64,000 nucleotides of DNA from Alphaproteobacteria bacterium (GTDB taxonomy: Bacteria; Pseudomonadota; Alphaproteobacteria; Rs-D84; SZUA-605), in NCBI GenBank assembly GCA_031549385.1, contig JAVBPW010000001.1:128001-192000 (forward strand), given 5' to 3'. Within the stretch, counting starts at the first letter, position 1. Each line of letters begins with the position of its first letter. Shown here in pieces: positions 21,441-31,083 of this stretch. A program made the translations under genes and the position numbers. Below the pieces are notes generated by a model, which saw only the letters and a list, made by a program, of their open reading frames with translations, was not told where the DNA came from and did no database searches.

Positions 21441-23707
21441 TGAGAAAACTTTTATTTGTATTAATTGCTTTATTATTTAGTAGCCAAGCCTTTGCTGTGG
21501 TTATTAATAACGTTGAAGTTGATGGCGTAAAGCGAATCGATAAGGAAGTAATTATATCTGAACTTGATATTAAAAAAGGAACTGATGTTTCTGATTCTAA
21601 AATTAATGAAATGATTAAAAAACTTTATGGATTAGATCTTTTTGAAAATATTCAAATGAATATAGTTGGTAATACTTTAAGAGTTAAGGTTACAGAAAAT
21701 CCTACTATTAACTTGATTGAATTTAATGGAAACAAAGACTTAGATAATGACACTTTGCTTTCTGAAATAAATTTAAAACCTCGTTCTGTTTATAGTGAAT
21801 ATGTTGTTAATGATGCTATTAATCGTATGATTGAACTTTATAAACGTAGTGGGTTTTATAGAGTTGAAATTAAACCTGATATTCAAAAGAAAGACCAAAA
21901 CAGAGTTAATATTGTTTTTAATATAAAAGAAAATAAGAAAACTTATATTGAAGAAATAGATTTTGAAGGTAATACATATTTTTCTGATAATGCTTTGAAA
22001 TATGTTTTAATGTCTAAGGAAGACAGATGGTGGAGATTCTTTTCATCTGTGACTACTTATGATCCTGATCGAATCCTTTATGATCAAGAATTATTAACAC
22101 AATTTTATTTGAATAATGGGTTTGTAGATTTTCGTATTAAAGAAGTAGTTTCTAATCTTACTTATGATAAATCAGGATATTTTATGAAAATATATATTAC
22201 TGAAGGTAAGAGATATCGAATCGGAAAATTAGATATTGATAATTCAATTAAAGAAATAAAAACAAAAGATTTATATAGATATTTAGAAGTTAAAGAAGGG
22301 GAATATTATGATGCTTCTCAAGTAGATTTATCTATTAGAAAGATGCAAGATAAAATTGCTGACAGCGGTTATGCTTTTATTCGTATTGTTCCTGTACCTA
22401 CTCAACATAAAGAAAAGAATACTATTGATATTACATTTAAGGTTATGCCTACAAAGAAAATGTATATCAACAGAAGTGATATAGTTGGTAATGTTCGTAC
22501 TATGGATTATGTTATTGAGAGAGAGTTCAAAACAAAAGAAGGAGATGCTTTTAATCTTTCTGAATTAAAAAGAACAGAACAAAAACTTATGGGAACAGGA
22601 TATTTTAAATCTGCTAAAGTTGTAACTAAAGGTGTAGACGGCGATCCTGATAAATTAAATCTTTTAACTGAAATTGAAGAACAATCAACTGGTGAAGTTA
22701 ATTTTGGTTTTGGATGGAGCTCTTATAATGGTGGTTTTGTTGAAGCCGGGATTAAAGAAAAGAACTTTATGGGACGTGGTCAAACTCTTGGACTTACTGG
22801 ACAATATTCTAATAAACAAAGCAGAGCTGTTATATCTTTTACAGAACCATATTTCATGGATTATGATTTGTCAGCTGGTGCTGATATTGATTACTCATAC
22901 TTCAGATATAAAGATGATTATGGTTATGACATGACCCGTTTTGGTGTGGGTTTTAGATTTGCATGGAATTATTTTGATAATGTTAGACACTTCGTTAGAG
23001 TTTCTCAAAGAATCGATGATATTACTAATATCGTTGGAACACCTCCTCAATATGCTCAAAAGGAAGAAGGTGCTTCTACTATCCGTTTAATTGATCAAAC
23101 TATATCTATTGCTAGTATTAAAACTGATTATGTTAACTTAACAAAACGTGGTTACTATATGTCTTTTGGTTTGAACTATGCTGGATTGAATGGAGATGAA
23201 CATTTTATACAACCTGAATTTAAAGCATTCTTTTATAGAAATTTCTGGGAAAATGAATGGCAATTAGGATTATCTTTTAATGCTGGATATATCCAACCTA
23301 TTAAAGATGAATATATTAAGAAATCATATCGTTATAATCTTGGTGGTGAAACACTTCGTGGATTCCACGTTGCTGGTATTGGTGCAAGAGATAAAATTTA
23401 TAGAAACTATTCATTAGGTGCATATTCTGAAATGTATGGAACTGTTCAATTGAACTTCCCTCTTGGGTTGCCTAAAGAATATAAGATTTCTGGCTTTGTA
23501 TTCTATGATTATGGTAAGTTAGGAAAACCTGCTGACTTAGATTATAATACAATGTACTATGATGATACTTGGAGAACTTCTGTTGGTTTTGGTATCAAAT
23601 GGTATACTCCTATGGGTGAAATCAATGTTTCATGGGCTAAACCTTTACAATATGAGCCATATGACCGTCTAGAACGTTTCTTACTCTCATTTGGTGCTCA
23701 ATTCTAA
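21440..23707 (+). CDS. bamA: outer membrane protein assembly factor BamA
   Basis: POTRA repeats, LRGF motif, C-terminal Phe; follows rseP. Confidence 0.96.
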   Translation: MRKLLFVLIALLFSSQAFAVVINNVEVDGVKRIDKEVIISELDIKKGTDVSDSKINEMIKKLYGLDLFENIQMNIVGNTLRVKVTENPTINLIEFNGNKDLDNDTLLSEINLKPRSVYSEYVVNDAINRMIELYKRSGFYRVEIKPDIQKKDQNRVNIVFNIKENKKTYIEEIDFEGNTYFSDNALKYVLMSKEDRWWRFFSSVTTYDPDRILYDQELLTQFYLNNGFVDFRIKEVVSNLTYDKSGYFMKIYITEGKRYRIGKLDIDNSIKEIKTKDLYRYLEVKEGEYYDASQVDLSIRKMQDKIADSGYAFIRIVPVPTQHKEKNTIDITFKVMPTKKMYINRSDIVGNVRTMDYVIEREFKTKEGDAFNLSELKRTEQKLMGTGYFKSAKVVTKGVDGDPDKLNLLTEIEEQSTGEVNFGFGWSSYNGGFVEAGIKEKNFMGRGQTLGLTGQYSNKQSRAVISFTEPYFMDYDLSAGADIDYSYFRYKDDYGYDMTRFGVGFRFAWNYFDNVRHFVRVSQRIDDITNIVGTPPQYAQKEEGASTIRLIDQTISIASIKTDYVNLTKRGYYMSFGLNYAGLNGDEHFIQPEFKAFFYRNFWENEWQLGLSFNAGYIQPIKDEYIKKSYRYNLGGETLRGFHVAGIGARDKIYRNYSLGAYSEMYGTVQLNFPLGLPKEYKISGFVFYDYGKLGKPADLDYNTMYYDDTWRTSVGFGIKWYTPMGEINVSWAKPLQYEPYDRLERFLLSFGAQF

Positions 23708-23859
23708 CCAGGTTGAACCTGGAGACTTTATTATTCTTTCTATACAAAAACTAAGTGTTTGATTTTAGTATATTTCAGCATTTTGAATAATTATTGACAA
23801 AATAAGTTTTTATACCTATGTTATTATTATAAATTAATTCAAACTTAAAAATAAATCCA

Positions 23860-24183
23860 ATGAAAAAGAAGAAAATTGAAGTAAAGGAAGTTCGTGTTCC
23901 TGCTATACGTTTCAGAAACTCATTAAAGAAAGAGTTGATTTATCCGGCTTCTGTCCAACACATAATGTTTGATGAGTTTATCGTCGTACATAATTTGGAA
24001 ATGAAGCAAATGGATATTGTCAGAACTGATACCATGCAGGTTTTCAAAAAACTGTACGGAGTTGATCTTGTTTACCAAGACGGCGATATGGTTTATGTTG
24101 AAACATCAAAAAATGGAAAACAAAGCTTCGACGTGGAAAAACTCCGCGCAATCATTAAAGACCCAAATTCAGTTCAATTCTGA
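23860..24183 (+). CDS. hypothetical protein (paralogue of 33007-33333)
   Basis: Stand-alone ORF with an upstream TTGACA and a downstream terminator; similar to the 108-aa ORF. Confidence 0.7.
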   Translation: MKKKKIEVKEVRVPAIRFRNSLKKELIYPASVQHIMFDEFIVVHNLEMKQMDIVRTDTMQVFKKLYGVDLVYQDGDMVYVETSKNGKQSFDVEKLRAIIKDPNSVQF

Positions 24184-24203
24184 TAAGTAAAGTGTAAATA
24201 GTT

Positions 24204-24228
24204 AAGAGCCTTTTTTAAAGGCTCTTTT
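24204..24228 (+). terminator. intrinsic terminator (possibly bidirectional)
   Basis: AAGAGCCTTT...AAAGGCTCTTTT hairpin between convergent genes. Confidence 0.7.
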
Positions 24229-24256
24229 GTGTTTTTAAAGTAAGTTATGAAAACTT

Positions 24257-24691
24257 TTAATTCTCACAACGAATTAAAGTTATGTCATATGTTTCATCTT
24301 CTATCCCTGATATTGATGGATAGGCTGAACTTAACCATAGATTTATATTCTTATTGCGAATCACTTCTTCTGAAAATGTATCGTCTTGTTCAAATAAGAT
24401 ATCTTGATTTTTGAAATTTATAAATGCCCAAAAATCATTTGGTATAGCAGTCTTTCTCATTTTGCAAGAATTTAACTTTATGAAAACATTTTCAAAACTG
24501 TTTTCACTTCCTACTATGATTTCTATATTCTTAAATTGACCCTTTTTTTTATTTACTATATTTAAAATTGCCTTTTTATATTCAACTTCACCTGCATTTG
24601 ATATTGTGGTTGTAGGAGTTGGGGCAACTTCTGTTTGAGCTGCTACATTAAAACAAAATAATGCACATGCAAAAAATAAAATTTTTTTCAT
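24257..24691 (-). CDS. DUF2155-like secreted protein
   Basis: Signal peptide; LNIVNK, LNSC and YDITLIRC pattern; adjacent to mlaD as is common in alphaproteobacteria. Confidence 0.6.
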   Translation of the reverse strand: MKKILFFACALFCFNVAAQTEVAPTPTTTISNAGEVEYKKAILNIVNKKKGQFKNIEIIVGSENSFENVFIKLNSCKMRKTAIPNDFWAFINFKNQDILFEQDDTFSEEVIRNKNINLWLSSAYPSISGIEDETYDITLIRCEN

Positions 24692-25252
24692 TTATTCTTC
24701 TCCTGTAGTTTTTTCTTCTTCAATAGTTTCATCATCACTATCTTTACTTTCTTTTGATGAGAATAATATTTGACCTATTATTTCTTCTAATGATGCATAA
24801 TTTGTTGTTTTGATAGAATCGTTTTCTTTTAAGATTTCTTTTGATTTTCCAATATTAACTTTAATGTATTTACTACCCATTAACCCTGATGTTGTTATTT
24901 CAGCGATTGAATCTTGCGGAAGCTTAATATCATTTTCAATAGACATTTTTATTATAACTGAAAATGTTGTTTTATTTATTTCTATTGACTTTACACTTCC
25001 TACTTTTACACCATTTATTATAACGTCAGCTCCGTTATTTAAACCACCTGTTTGAGAAAATGTTGCAATTATATTATATCCTTTTACCTTTTTTAAGTCT
25101 GCTTTAGATAATGACCAAGATAAAAAGAAAAGGGCCACAAAGATTACGAAAAGCCCTGCTAGGGTATCTAATGGTTTTTCGTTCTTTACGAACCCATAAA
25201 CTGATTTTAAAAAGCCAGAAAAGTACTTCTTTCCTTTGTTATATACTCCCAT
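24692..25252 (-). CDS. mlaD: MCE/MlaD lipid asymmetry protein
   Basis: GGLNNGADVIINGVKVGSV and TSGLMGSKYI motifs. Confidence 0.9.
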   Translation of the reverse strand: MGVYNKGKKYFSGFLKSVYGFVKNEKPLDTLAGLFVIFVALFFLSWSLSKADLKKVKGYNIIATFSQTGGLNNGADVIINGVKVGSVKSIEINKTTFSVIIKMSIENDIKLPQDSIAEITTSGLMGSKYIKVNIGKSKEILKENDSIKTTNYASLEEIIGQILFSSKESKDSDDETIEEEKTTGEE

Positions 25253-25288
25253 TAAAAATTCCTCCTTTTCCGGCTTTTAATTTAATTT

Positions 25289-25690
25289 TTATTCTTCAGA
25301 CTTAGCAGCTTCTTCTCTTGCTTTTTGTGCTTTTAGAAGATCTTCTGAAATACGAGCTTTACGTCCTTTTAAATCACGTAGGTAGTAAAGTTTTGCACGT
25401 CTTACTTTTCCAATTCTTATATTTTCTATTTTAGCAATAGCTGGAGAATAAAGTGGGAATACTCTTTCTACACCTTCGCCAAATGAAATTTTTCTTACTG
25501 TAAATGATGAATTAATTCCAGCATTTTTTCTTGCAATACATACGCCTTCAAAAATTTGGATTCTTTCTCTTTTACCTTCAACAATTTTACAGTGAACTTT
25601 TACTGTGTCCCCTGGTTCAAATTTGTCGATTGAATTATTTGATAAAGAATCGATTTTTTTCTTTTCAAATATTTTTAATAAATTTAACAT
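25289..25690 (-). CDS. rplS: 50S ribosomal protein L19
   Basis: [15 protein letters not shown] and [12 protein letters not shown]. Confidence 0.99.
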   Translation of the reverse strand: MLNLLKIFEKKKIDSLSNNSIDKFEPGDTVKVHCKIVEGKRERIQIFEGVCIARKNAGINSSFTVRKISFGEGVERVFPLYSPAIAKIENIRIGKVRRAKLYYLRDLKGRKARISEDLLKAQKAREEAAKSEE

Positions 25691-26403
25691 TTCTTTTCCT
25701 TTCTTGTTTCATTATATTTATTCCACAGATCTGGTCTGTTTTTTTTGGTAATTTCTTGGCTCTTTTTTTTCTTCCATAAAGTTATTTCCTTATGGTTTCC
25801 TGAAAGTAAGACTTCTGGTACTTTTAGTCCATTCCACTCAATTGGTCGAGTATAGTTTGGATATTCTAAAAGTCCTCCCTCAAAACTTTCTTCAAGCAAA
25901 GACGCAGCATCCCCCAGAACGTTAGGAAGTTGTCTAACAATGGTATCCAGCACTACGAGTGCTGCTACTTCCCCACCGGATGTTACATAATCACCGATAC
26001 TTAACTCTTTTATGTTATAATACTCTAAAACTCTTTCGTCAAGTCCTTCATAATGACCACATATTAAAGTTATAGATTTTAAATCTCTTAACTCTTTTAC
26101 TTTTTCATTATTTAATACTTGTCCGCGAGGCGATAAATAGAACATATTTTTCTTTTCAACTTTGTCTAATGACTCTATTGCTTGTCCTATTACATCTGGT
26201 TTCATTACCATTCCGGCACCACCACCACATGGAGTATCATCAACAGTCTTTCTTTTATCTGATGCAAAATCTCTTATATTTACAACTTTTAATTCCCAAG
26301 CACCTTTCTTTAACCCAATCCCTGGAATAGAAGTTTCTAATATTCCTGGAAAATTCTCTGGAAAAAGAGTCAAAACTGTTGCTTTATAGCAAGTGTCCTT
26401 CAT
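25684..26403 (-). CDS. trmD: tRNA (guanine37-N1)-methyltransferase
   Basis: [23 protein letters not shown] and SIGDYV. Confidence 0.98.
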   Translation of the reverse strand: MKDTCYKATVLTLFPENFPGILETSIPGIGLKKGAWELKVVNIRDFASDKRKTVDDTPCGGGAGMVMKPDVIGQAIESLDKVEKKNMFYLSPRGQVLNNEKVKELRDLKSITLICGHYEGLDERVLEYYNIKELSIGDYVTSGGEVAALVVLDTIVRQLPNVLGDAASLLEESFEGGLLEYPNYTRPIEWNGLKVPEVLLSGNHKEITLWKKKKSQEITKKNRPDLWNKYNETRKEKKC

Positions 26404-26884
26404 TAATTAAAAGTTCCTTTTTATTTAGGTCTATATTTAATATAGCATCATTATTAAAAGAAATTAATCTTTTATCATCTTGTTGTGTAATAATTTCTAT
26501 GATATCACCAGCACCATAATTTATTATATTATGCACAGTACCAATTGTATCATTTTTTTGGTTCTTAACAGTTAGGCCTTTTAAATCATTTATATAAAAA
26601 TTTCCTTCGTCCAATTTTGGAAGATATGACTTTTTTAAAAATAATTCTTTGTTTCTTAATTTATCTGCTTCTTCTCTGGTTGTTACACCTTTTATACAAG
26701 CAACTAAACTATTGCCTTGAGTATTTCCATATCTTTTGATTTCGTAAACTTTACCATCTTCATCAACTATATTTTTGTATTCAAATATAGAATTAGGATT
26801 ATGTGTGAAAGACTTAATCTTTACACAACCTGATAATCCATGTGATGATAAAATTTTTCCTACTGGAATGAAATCATTATTCAT
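26384..26884 (-). CDS. rimM: ribosome maturation factor RimM
   Basis: VGKI..SHGLSG, FYINDLKG and GAGD; operon context. Confidence 0.96.
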   Translation of the reverse strand: MNNDFIPVGKILSSHGLSGCVKIKSFTHNPNSIFEYKNIVDEDGKVYEIKRYGNTQGNSLVACIKGVTTREEADKLRNKELFLKKSYLPKLDEGNFYINDLKGLTVKNQKNDTIGTVHNIINYGAGDIIEIITQQDDKRLISFNNDAILNIDLNKKELLINEGHLL

Positions 26885-26887
26885 ATC

Positions 26888-27430
26888 TTACTCACTTGCT
26901 GCTGTTAATTCTTCGTCTTTAGCAACTTCTGCTTTTGCTTCATCAGCTGAATTAGCTGTATTTTCTGCAGACATTTCAGTTACGGTATCTTGAGTTTCAG
27001 TTGCTGCTGCTAATGCTGCTTTTGCTTCTTCTTCAGCCTGTTTTTTTGCTGCCTCTGCTGCTTCAATTTCTGCTTTTTTAGCTTCTTCTAATGCTGCAAC
27101 TTTAGCTGCTTTTTCTTTTAATCTTTCCACAGTTTTTGCTTTTGGTTTATCTTGCTTTGTTTGTGGATAGATTTTCTTTGCTTCCATTTGACCAGCGTTT
27201 GTTAAGAATTTTGCAACTCTGTCTGTAACTTGAGCACCTTTTGCAATCCAAGCTTTGATAGCTTCAATATTCATTAATACTCTGTCTTTTGAATCTTTTG
27301 GTAACATTGGATTGAATGTTCCAAGTTTTTCTAAATAACGACCGTCTCTTGGATATCTTGAGTCAGCTGCTACTATGTGGTAAAAAGGACGTTTTTTTGA
27401 TCCTTTTCTTGATAGTCTTATTTTTATCAT
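26888..27430 (-). CDS. rpsP: 30S ribosomal protein S16 with Ala/Glu-rich C-terminal extension
   Basis: [31 protein letters not shown]; start corrected to ATG 27430. Confidence 0.98.
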   Translation of the reverse strand: MIKIRLSRKGSKKRPFYHIVAADSRYPRDGRYLEKLGTFNPMLPKDSKDRVLMNIEAIKAWIAKGAQVTDRVAKFLTNAGQMEAKKIYPQTKQDKPKAKTVERLKEKAAKVAALEEAKKAEIEAAEAAKKQAEEEAKAALAAATETQDTVTEMSAENTANSADEAKAEVAKDEELTAASE

Positions 27431-27615
27431 TTTTTCTACCTTTGTTGAAATACGAAATTTTAACCTCAATGAGCGATACTCGCCAACTGAAGTAGATGTC
27501 CCGCACCCTTTCGTTTTTTGTTATTCGGGAATTAGATGTGGCAAGATTAGCTCAAAAATTGCGATATGTCAAGAAAAACATTGATTTTTGATTAAATTTT
27601 ACATATATTATTTAT

Positions 27616-27932
27616 GCCGAAAGGATATGGTGTTAAACCTTTATTGAAATAGGCTTTATGGACCCGGGGGCGGTACCCGGCAGCTCCACCATCAAAAAAA
27701 GATTTTATTATGGGGCTGATACAGATTCGACATTTGCAATAAAGAGTAGAGCTATGCCCGATGTTACTATCGTTAAAAAGTATTTAAATATAAATGCAAA
27801 TTCTAACAATAGATTAGCTTTAGCTGCTTAATTTAAGCGAAAAAGCGAACCGCATTTAGCGCAATCCTTAATTGTCTAATCACGATTAAGTGGGGTTTTT
27901 GGGGGACCTATCAACAGAACCCCCTTTCCACC
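27616..27932 (+). ncRNA. ssrA: circularly permuted two-piece tmRNA; tag (A)ANSNNRLALAA
   Basis: Acceptor piece ends GGACCCGGGGGCGGTACCCGGCAGCTCCACCA at 27691; coding piece starts GGGGCTGATACAGATTCGAC at 27712; tag frame 27796-27831. Outer ends approximate. Confidence 0.93.
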
Positions 27933-27961
27933 TGACGTGGACACTTTCATTTTTTCATTAA

Positions 27962-28018
27962 ATTATTAAAACTATTAAAAAGAGGCTTTTTAACAGTTTT
28001 AACAATAAATAATAATAA
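27962..28018 (+). repeat. dispersed DnaA-box/trio-like hairpin element, copy 4
   Basis: ATTATTAAAACTATTAAAAAG-AGG-CTTTTTAACAGTTTTAACAAT-AAA-TAATAATAA. Confidence 0.9.
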
Positions 28019-28068
28019 TTTTTTAATTAATGTTAGATATTTAAAAACCCGCTTGAGCGGGTTAGTTT

Positions 28069-29073
28069 TTACATTTTCTTGCCAATTGCTGACATAGTAT
28101 CAATCATACGATTAGAGAAACCCCATTCGTTATCATACCATGAAACAACACGTAAGAATCTTTTTCCTACAACTTCTGTTTGAGTTGAATCAAAAATTGA
28201 TGATGCTGGATTGTGTGTGAAATCAACTGAAACTAATGGAAGAGCATTATATTCTAAAACACCTTCTAGTTCTGTTGTTGAAGCTAATAACATAGCTTTA
28301 TTTACTTCTTCAATTGTTACATCTTTTGCAACTGTTACACATAAGTCAACCATAGATACATCTGGAGTTGGAACACGGATTGCACATCCTTTCAACTTTC
28401 CATCTATACTTGGGATAACTTTACCAATAGCATTAGCAGCACCAGTTGATGATGGAATCATAGATAATGCAGCTGCACGTGCACGACGTAAGTCTTTGTG
28501 TGCTGTGTCTACTAATTTTTGATCCCCAGTATAAGCATGAACTGTTGTCATGTAACCTTCTACTATTCCAAAGTTCTTATCAATTACTGATGCGATTGGA
28601 GCTAGACAGTTTGTTGTACATGATGCGTTTGAAAACATTGTCATATCTGATGTAATTTTTTCATGATTTACACCGTATACGATAGTTAGATCATCACCTT
28701 TTGCAGGAGCTGAAATTAATACTTTCTTTGCGCCAGCTGTTAAATGAGCTGATGCTTTTTCTTTGTCTGTAAATACTCCAGTGCATTCTGCTACTATATC
28801 AATTCCTAATTTTCCCCATGGAAGATTTGCAGGATCTTTTTCTGCAAAGAATTCAATCTTTTTGCCGTTAATTACTAAGGCATTTCCTTCTACCTTTACA
28901 TCATATGGAGCGATACCATGAACGCTGTCATATTTTAATAGATGTGCAGTTGTTTCAATTTCACTTAAATCGTTTACTGCTACAATTTCTATATCTTTAT
29001 TATCACTTTCTAAATAAGCTGACAAAACAAGTCTTCCAATTCGACCCATTCCGTTTATTGCTACTTTTGTCAT
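28069..29073 (-). CDS. gap: type I glyceraldehyde-3-phosphate dehydrogenase
   Basis: INGMGRIGR, SNASCTTNCLAP and WYDNEWGFS. Confidence 0.99.
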   Translation of the reverse strand: MTKVAINGMGRIGRLVLSAYLESDNKDIEIVAVNDLSEIETTAHLLKYDSVHGIAPYDVKVEGNALVINGKKIEFFAEKDPANLPWGKLGIDIVAECTGVFTDKEKASAHLTAGAKKVLISAPAKGDDLTIVYGVNHEKITSDMTMFSNASCTTNCLAPIASVIDKNFGIVEGYMTTVHAYTGDQKLVDTAHKDLRRARAAALSMIPSSTGAANAIGKVIPSIDGKLKGCAIRVPTPDVSMVDLCVTVAKDVTIEEVNKAMLLASTTELEGVLEYNALPLVSVDFTHNPASSIFDSTQTEVVGKRFLRVVSWYDNEWGFSNRMIDTMSAIGKKM

Positions 29074-29210
29074 TTTTATCTCCTTTTTTATTAAAGAACC
29101 ACCATTATAAACTATATTTTTTAAATATTAAAGTGTTGATTTAATTTTTTTTTTGTTATATAAATAGTTCCCGTTATTAACAATTTAAGCTGCCCAGGGG
29201 GTGATTTTAT

Positions 29211-29417
29211 ATGGTGAAAGTAGTAGTTAGAAATAATAATGTTGAACAAGCTATCAACGTTATTAAGAAAAAAGCCCAAAAAGAAGGCTTGGGACGCGAA
29301 ATCAAAATGAGAATGGCATTTGAAAAACCTACTGAAAGACGTAAAAGACTCTTTAAAGAAGCAGTTAGACGCGAAAATAAAAGACTTTCTAAAGAAAAAA
29401 TGTTCTTTGGAAAATAG
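29211..29417 (+). CDS. rpsU: 30S ribosomal protein S21
   Basis: VVVRNNNVEQA...FEKPTERRKR. Confidence 0.95.
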   Translation: MVKVVVRNNNVEQAINVIKKKAQKEGLGREIKMRMAFEKPTERRKRLFKEAVRRENKRLSKEKMFFGK

Positions 29418-29479
29418 GAACCTGACGTTCCATCGCTTTATTAGGGTTTGATTATTCAAGCCCTTTTTTAATTGATGCT

Positions 29480-29536
29480 ATCCTATGAAATTATTAAAAA
29501 CATGGTTTTTAACAATTTAACAGGATTAATAATAAC
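29480..29536 (+). repeat. dispersed DnaA-box/trio-like hairpin element, copy 5
   Basis: ATCCTATGAAATTATTAAAAAC-ATG-GTTTTTAACAATTTAACAGGAT-TAATAATAAC. Confidence 0.9.
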
Positions 29537-29556
29537 TATTTTATTCTATATATAAA

Positions 29557-29883
29557 TTAATAATCGAAGTTTGTTGGTTCGTCTGAAATACCAGTATCCT
29601 CAGTCCAATTAGATTCTTGAGCAGGTTCTGGCTCAGAAACTGGTTGCGGAGCTGATGTTGCTGGTTGTGCAGTTGAAGCTTTTTTATCTTTTGATGCTTT
29701 TACTTCTGATACAGATTGTGAAATATTATTTTTAATAGTTTTAGCGTCTACTTTTATTACTTTCGTTTTCTTTGTTGTTGCGGGATACTTTTGTTTTATG
29801 TAATCAATAGCATAAAAATATCCAAAAACTAAAGCAGATATTAAAATGATTATAAAAAATGCTTTTATTAAAAACTTTTTCAT
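29557..29883 (-). CDS. membrane-anchored low-complexity hypothetical protein
   Basis: N-terminal TM segment and Pro/Ala/Glu-rich tail. Confidence 0.7.
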   Translation of the reverse strand: MKKFLIKAFFIIILISALVFGYFYAIDYIKQKYPATTKKTKVIKVDAKTIKNNISQSVSEVKASKDKKASTAQPATSAPQPVSEPEPAQESNWTEDTGISDEPTNFDY

Positions 29884-29886
29884 ATT

Positions 29887-30804
29887 TTATCCTTGCAGTT
29901 TTTTCATTCTGTTTATAATTTCTTTATCTTCTTTCGGGTTTCCCTTTAAACGATCAGTTTCTTTTCCATCTTTTAAAAAGATTAATATTGGAACAGGTTC
30001 TTTTAATAGATTATAATTTGATGCAATTTTCTTTTCTGCATCTATATCAACTTTTATAATTTTTACATTAGGATAATCTTTAGAAACTTCTTCAAGCTTT
30101 TTATCCAATGCTTTGCAATGACTACACCAATTTGCTCCAAAATCTAAAACAACTAAACCTGATTTAATTTCTTTTTCAAGAGCACTTTCCTTGTTTGATT
30201 CTGTTGATGCTTTGGCTGCTGTTTGTTGTTTCTTTTGTTCTTCTTCAATCTTCATTTCTTTGATTTCTTGATTAACAAGGTCTGAACCTTTTTCATTTAA
30301 CACTTTAAGCATTTGAAATTGCTTTGAGCTAAATCCTTCTGGAATATCTTTAGGATTTTTTCTTACATAGCTCTCAGACCAAAGATATAAATTTTCTAAA
30401 TCTTTTTGATTTTCTGGAAGCGGTTGTGTCATGATAGCTTCTAATTTTTTCTCTGTTTCTGTTTTTGGTTTTTCTTTTTTTCCTGATTCTTCTTTAGGTT
30501 TATTAGCCAAATAACGTTTTGTTTGAATACTGTCTATTTCTTCTGATACATTTCCTCTTTGAACACCTTGAACTATATTTGTTGTTGCAAGAACACCTGT
30601 TAAAGATAATGTAGATATACCTGCTATTTTAAAATTCTTTACTGAGTTTGCACAATTTTCTAAATCAGCTTCTTTTTTTGCTCTTAAATCAGACAACTCT
30701 TTAATTTGCTTATCCATTTGAATAAGCTCTCTGTCCAAAGCTTCAATGCTTTGAGCAAATGAATTTGTGCATAGTAATAATGATATAGCTAATATTTTAT
30801 TCAT
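29887..30804 (-). CDS. exported protein with C-terminal thioredoxin domain
   Basis: Signal peptide, coiled coil, and DFGANWCSHC...KVDID...VP thioredoxin motifs. Confidence 0.85.
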   Translation of the reverse strand: MNKILAISLLLCTNSFAQSIEALDRELIQMDKQIKELSDLRAKKEADLENCANSVKNFKIAGISTLSLTGVLATTNIVQGVQRGNVSEEIDSIQTKRYLANKPKEESGKKEKPKTETEKKLEAIMTQPLPENQKDLENLYLWSESYVRKNPKDIPEGFSSKQFQMLKVLNEKGSDLVNQEIKEMKIEEEQKKQQTAAKASTESNKESALEKEIKSGLVVLDFGANWCSHCKALDKKLEEVSKDYPNVKIIKVDIDAEKKIASNYNLLKEPVPILIFLKDGKETDRLKGNPKEDKEIINRMKKLQG

Positions 30805-30854
30805 AAGGTTTATTATAACATAAAATTGTTATTTTTTAAAGACGACTTTTAAAT

Positions 30855-30911
30855 AACTTATTAAATTATTAAAAAACAGGTTTTTAACAATTTAACAAGT
30901 TTAATAATAAC
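30855..30911 (+). repeat. dispersed DnaA-box/trio-like hairpin element, copy 6
   Basis: AACTTATTAAATTATTAAAAAACAGGTTTTTAACAATTTAACAAGTT-TAATAATAAC, between divergent genes. Confidence 0.9.
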
Positions 30912-31083
30912 ATTTAATTTTTTATTGAAAATATCTTAAATTTTTCCTATAATTAAGTTTATGAAAATATTTAGAACAAATTTTTGTTTTTTCACTACAA
31001 CCCCTTAAGGGGTCATTTCGCTATTTTTTACTTTCAATTTTATAAAAAAATAATACAATAATTAAAAACAAAAAGGATTTTAA

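Noticed and set aside
29121-29459. 112-aa minus-strand ORF and similar antisense ORFs inside gap, rho, recR, virB10 and the coiled-coil gene
   Set aside because: Antisense shadows of well-supported genes, with no motifs of their own.
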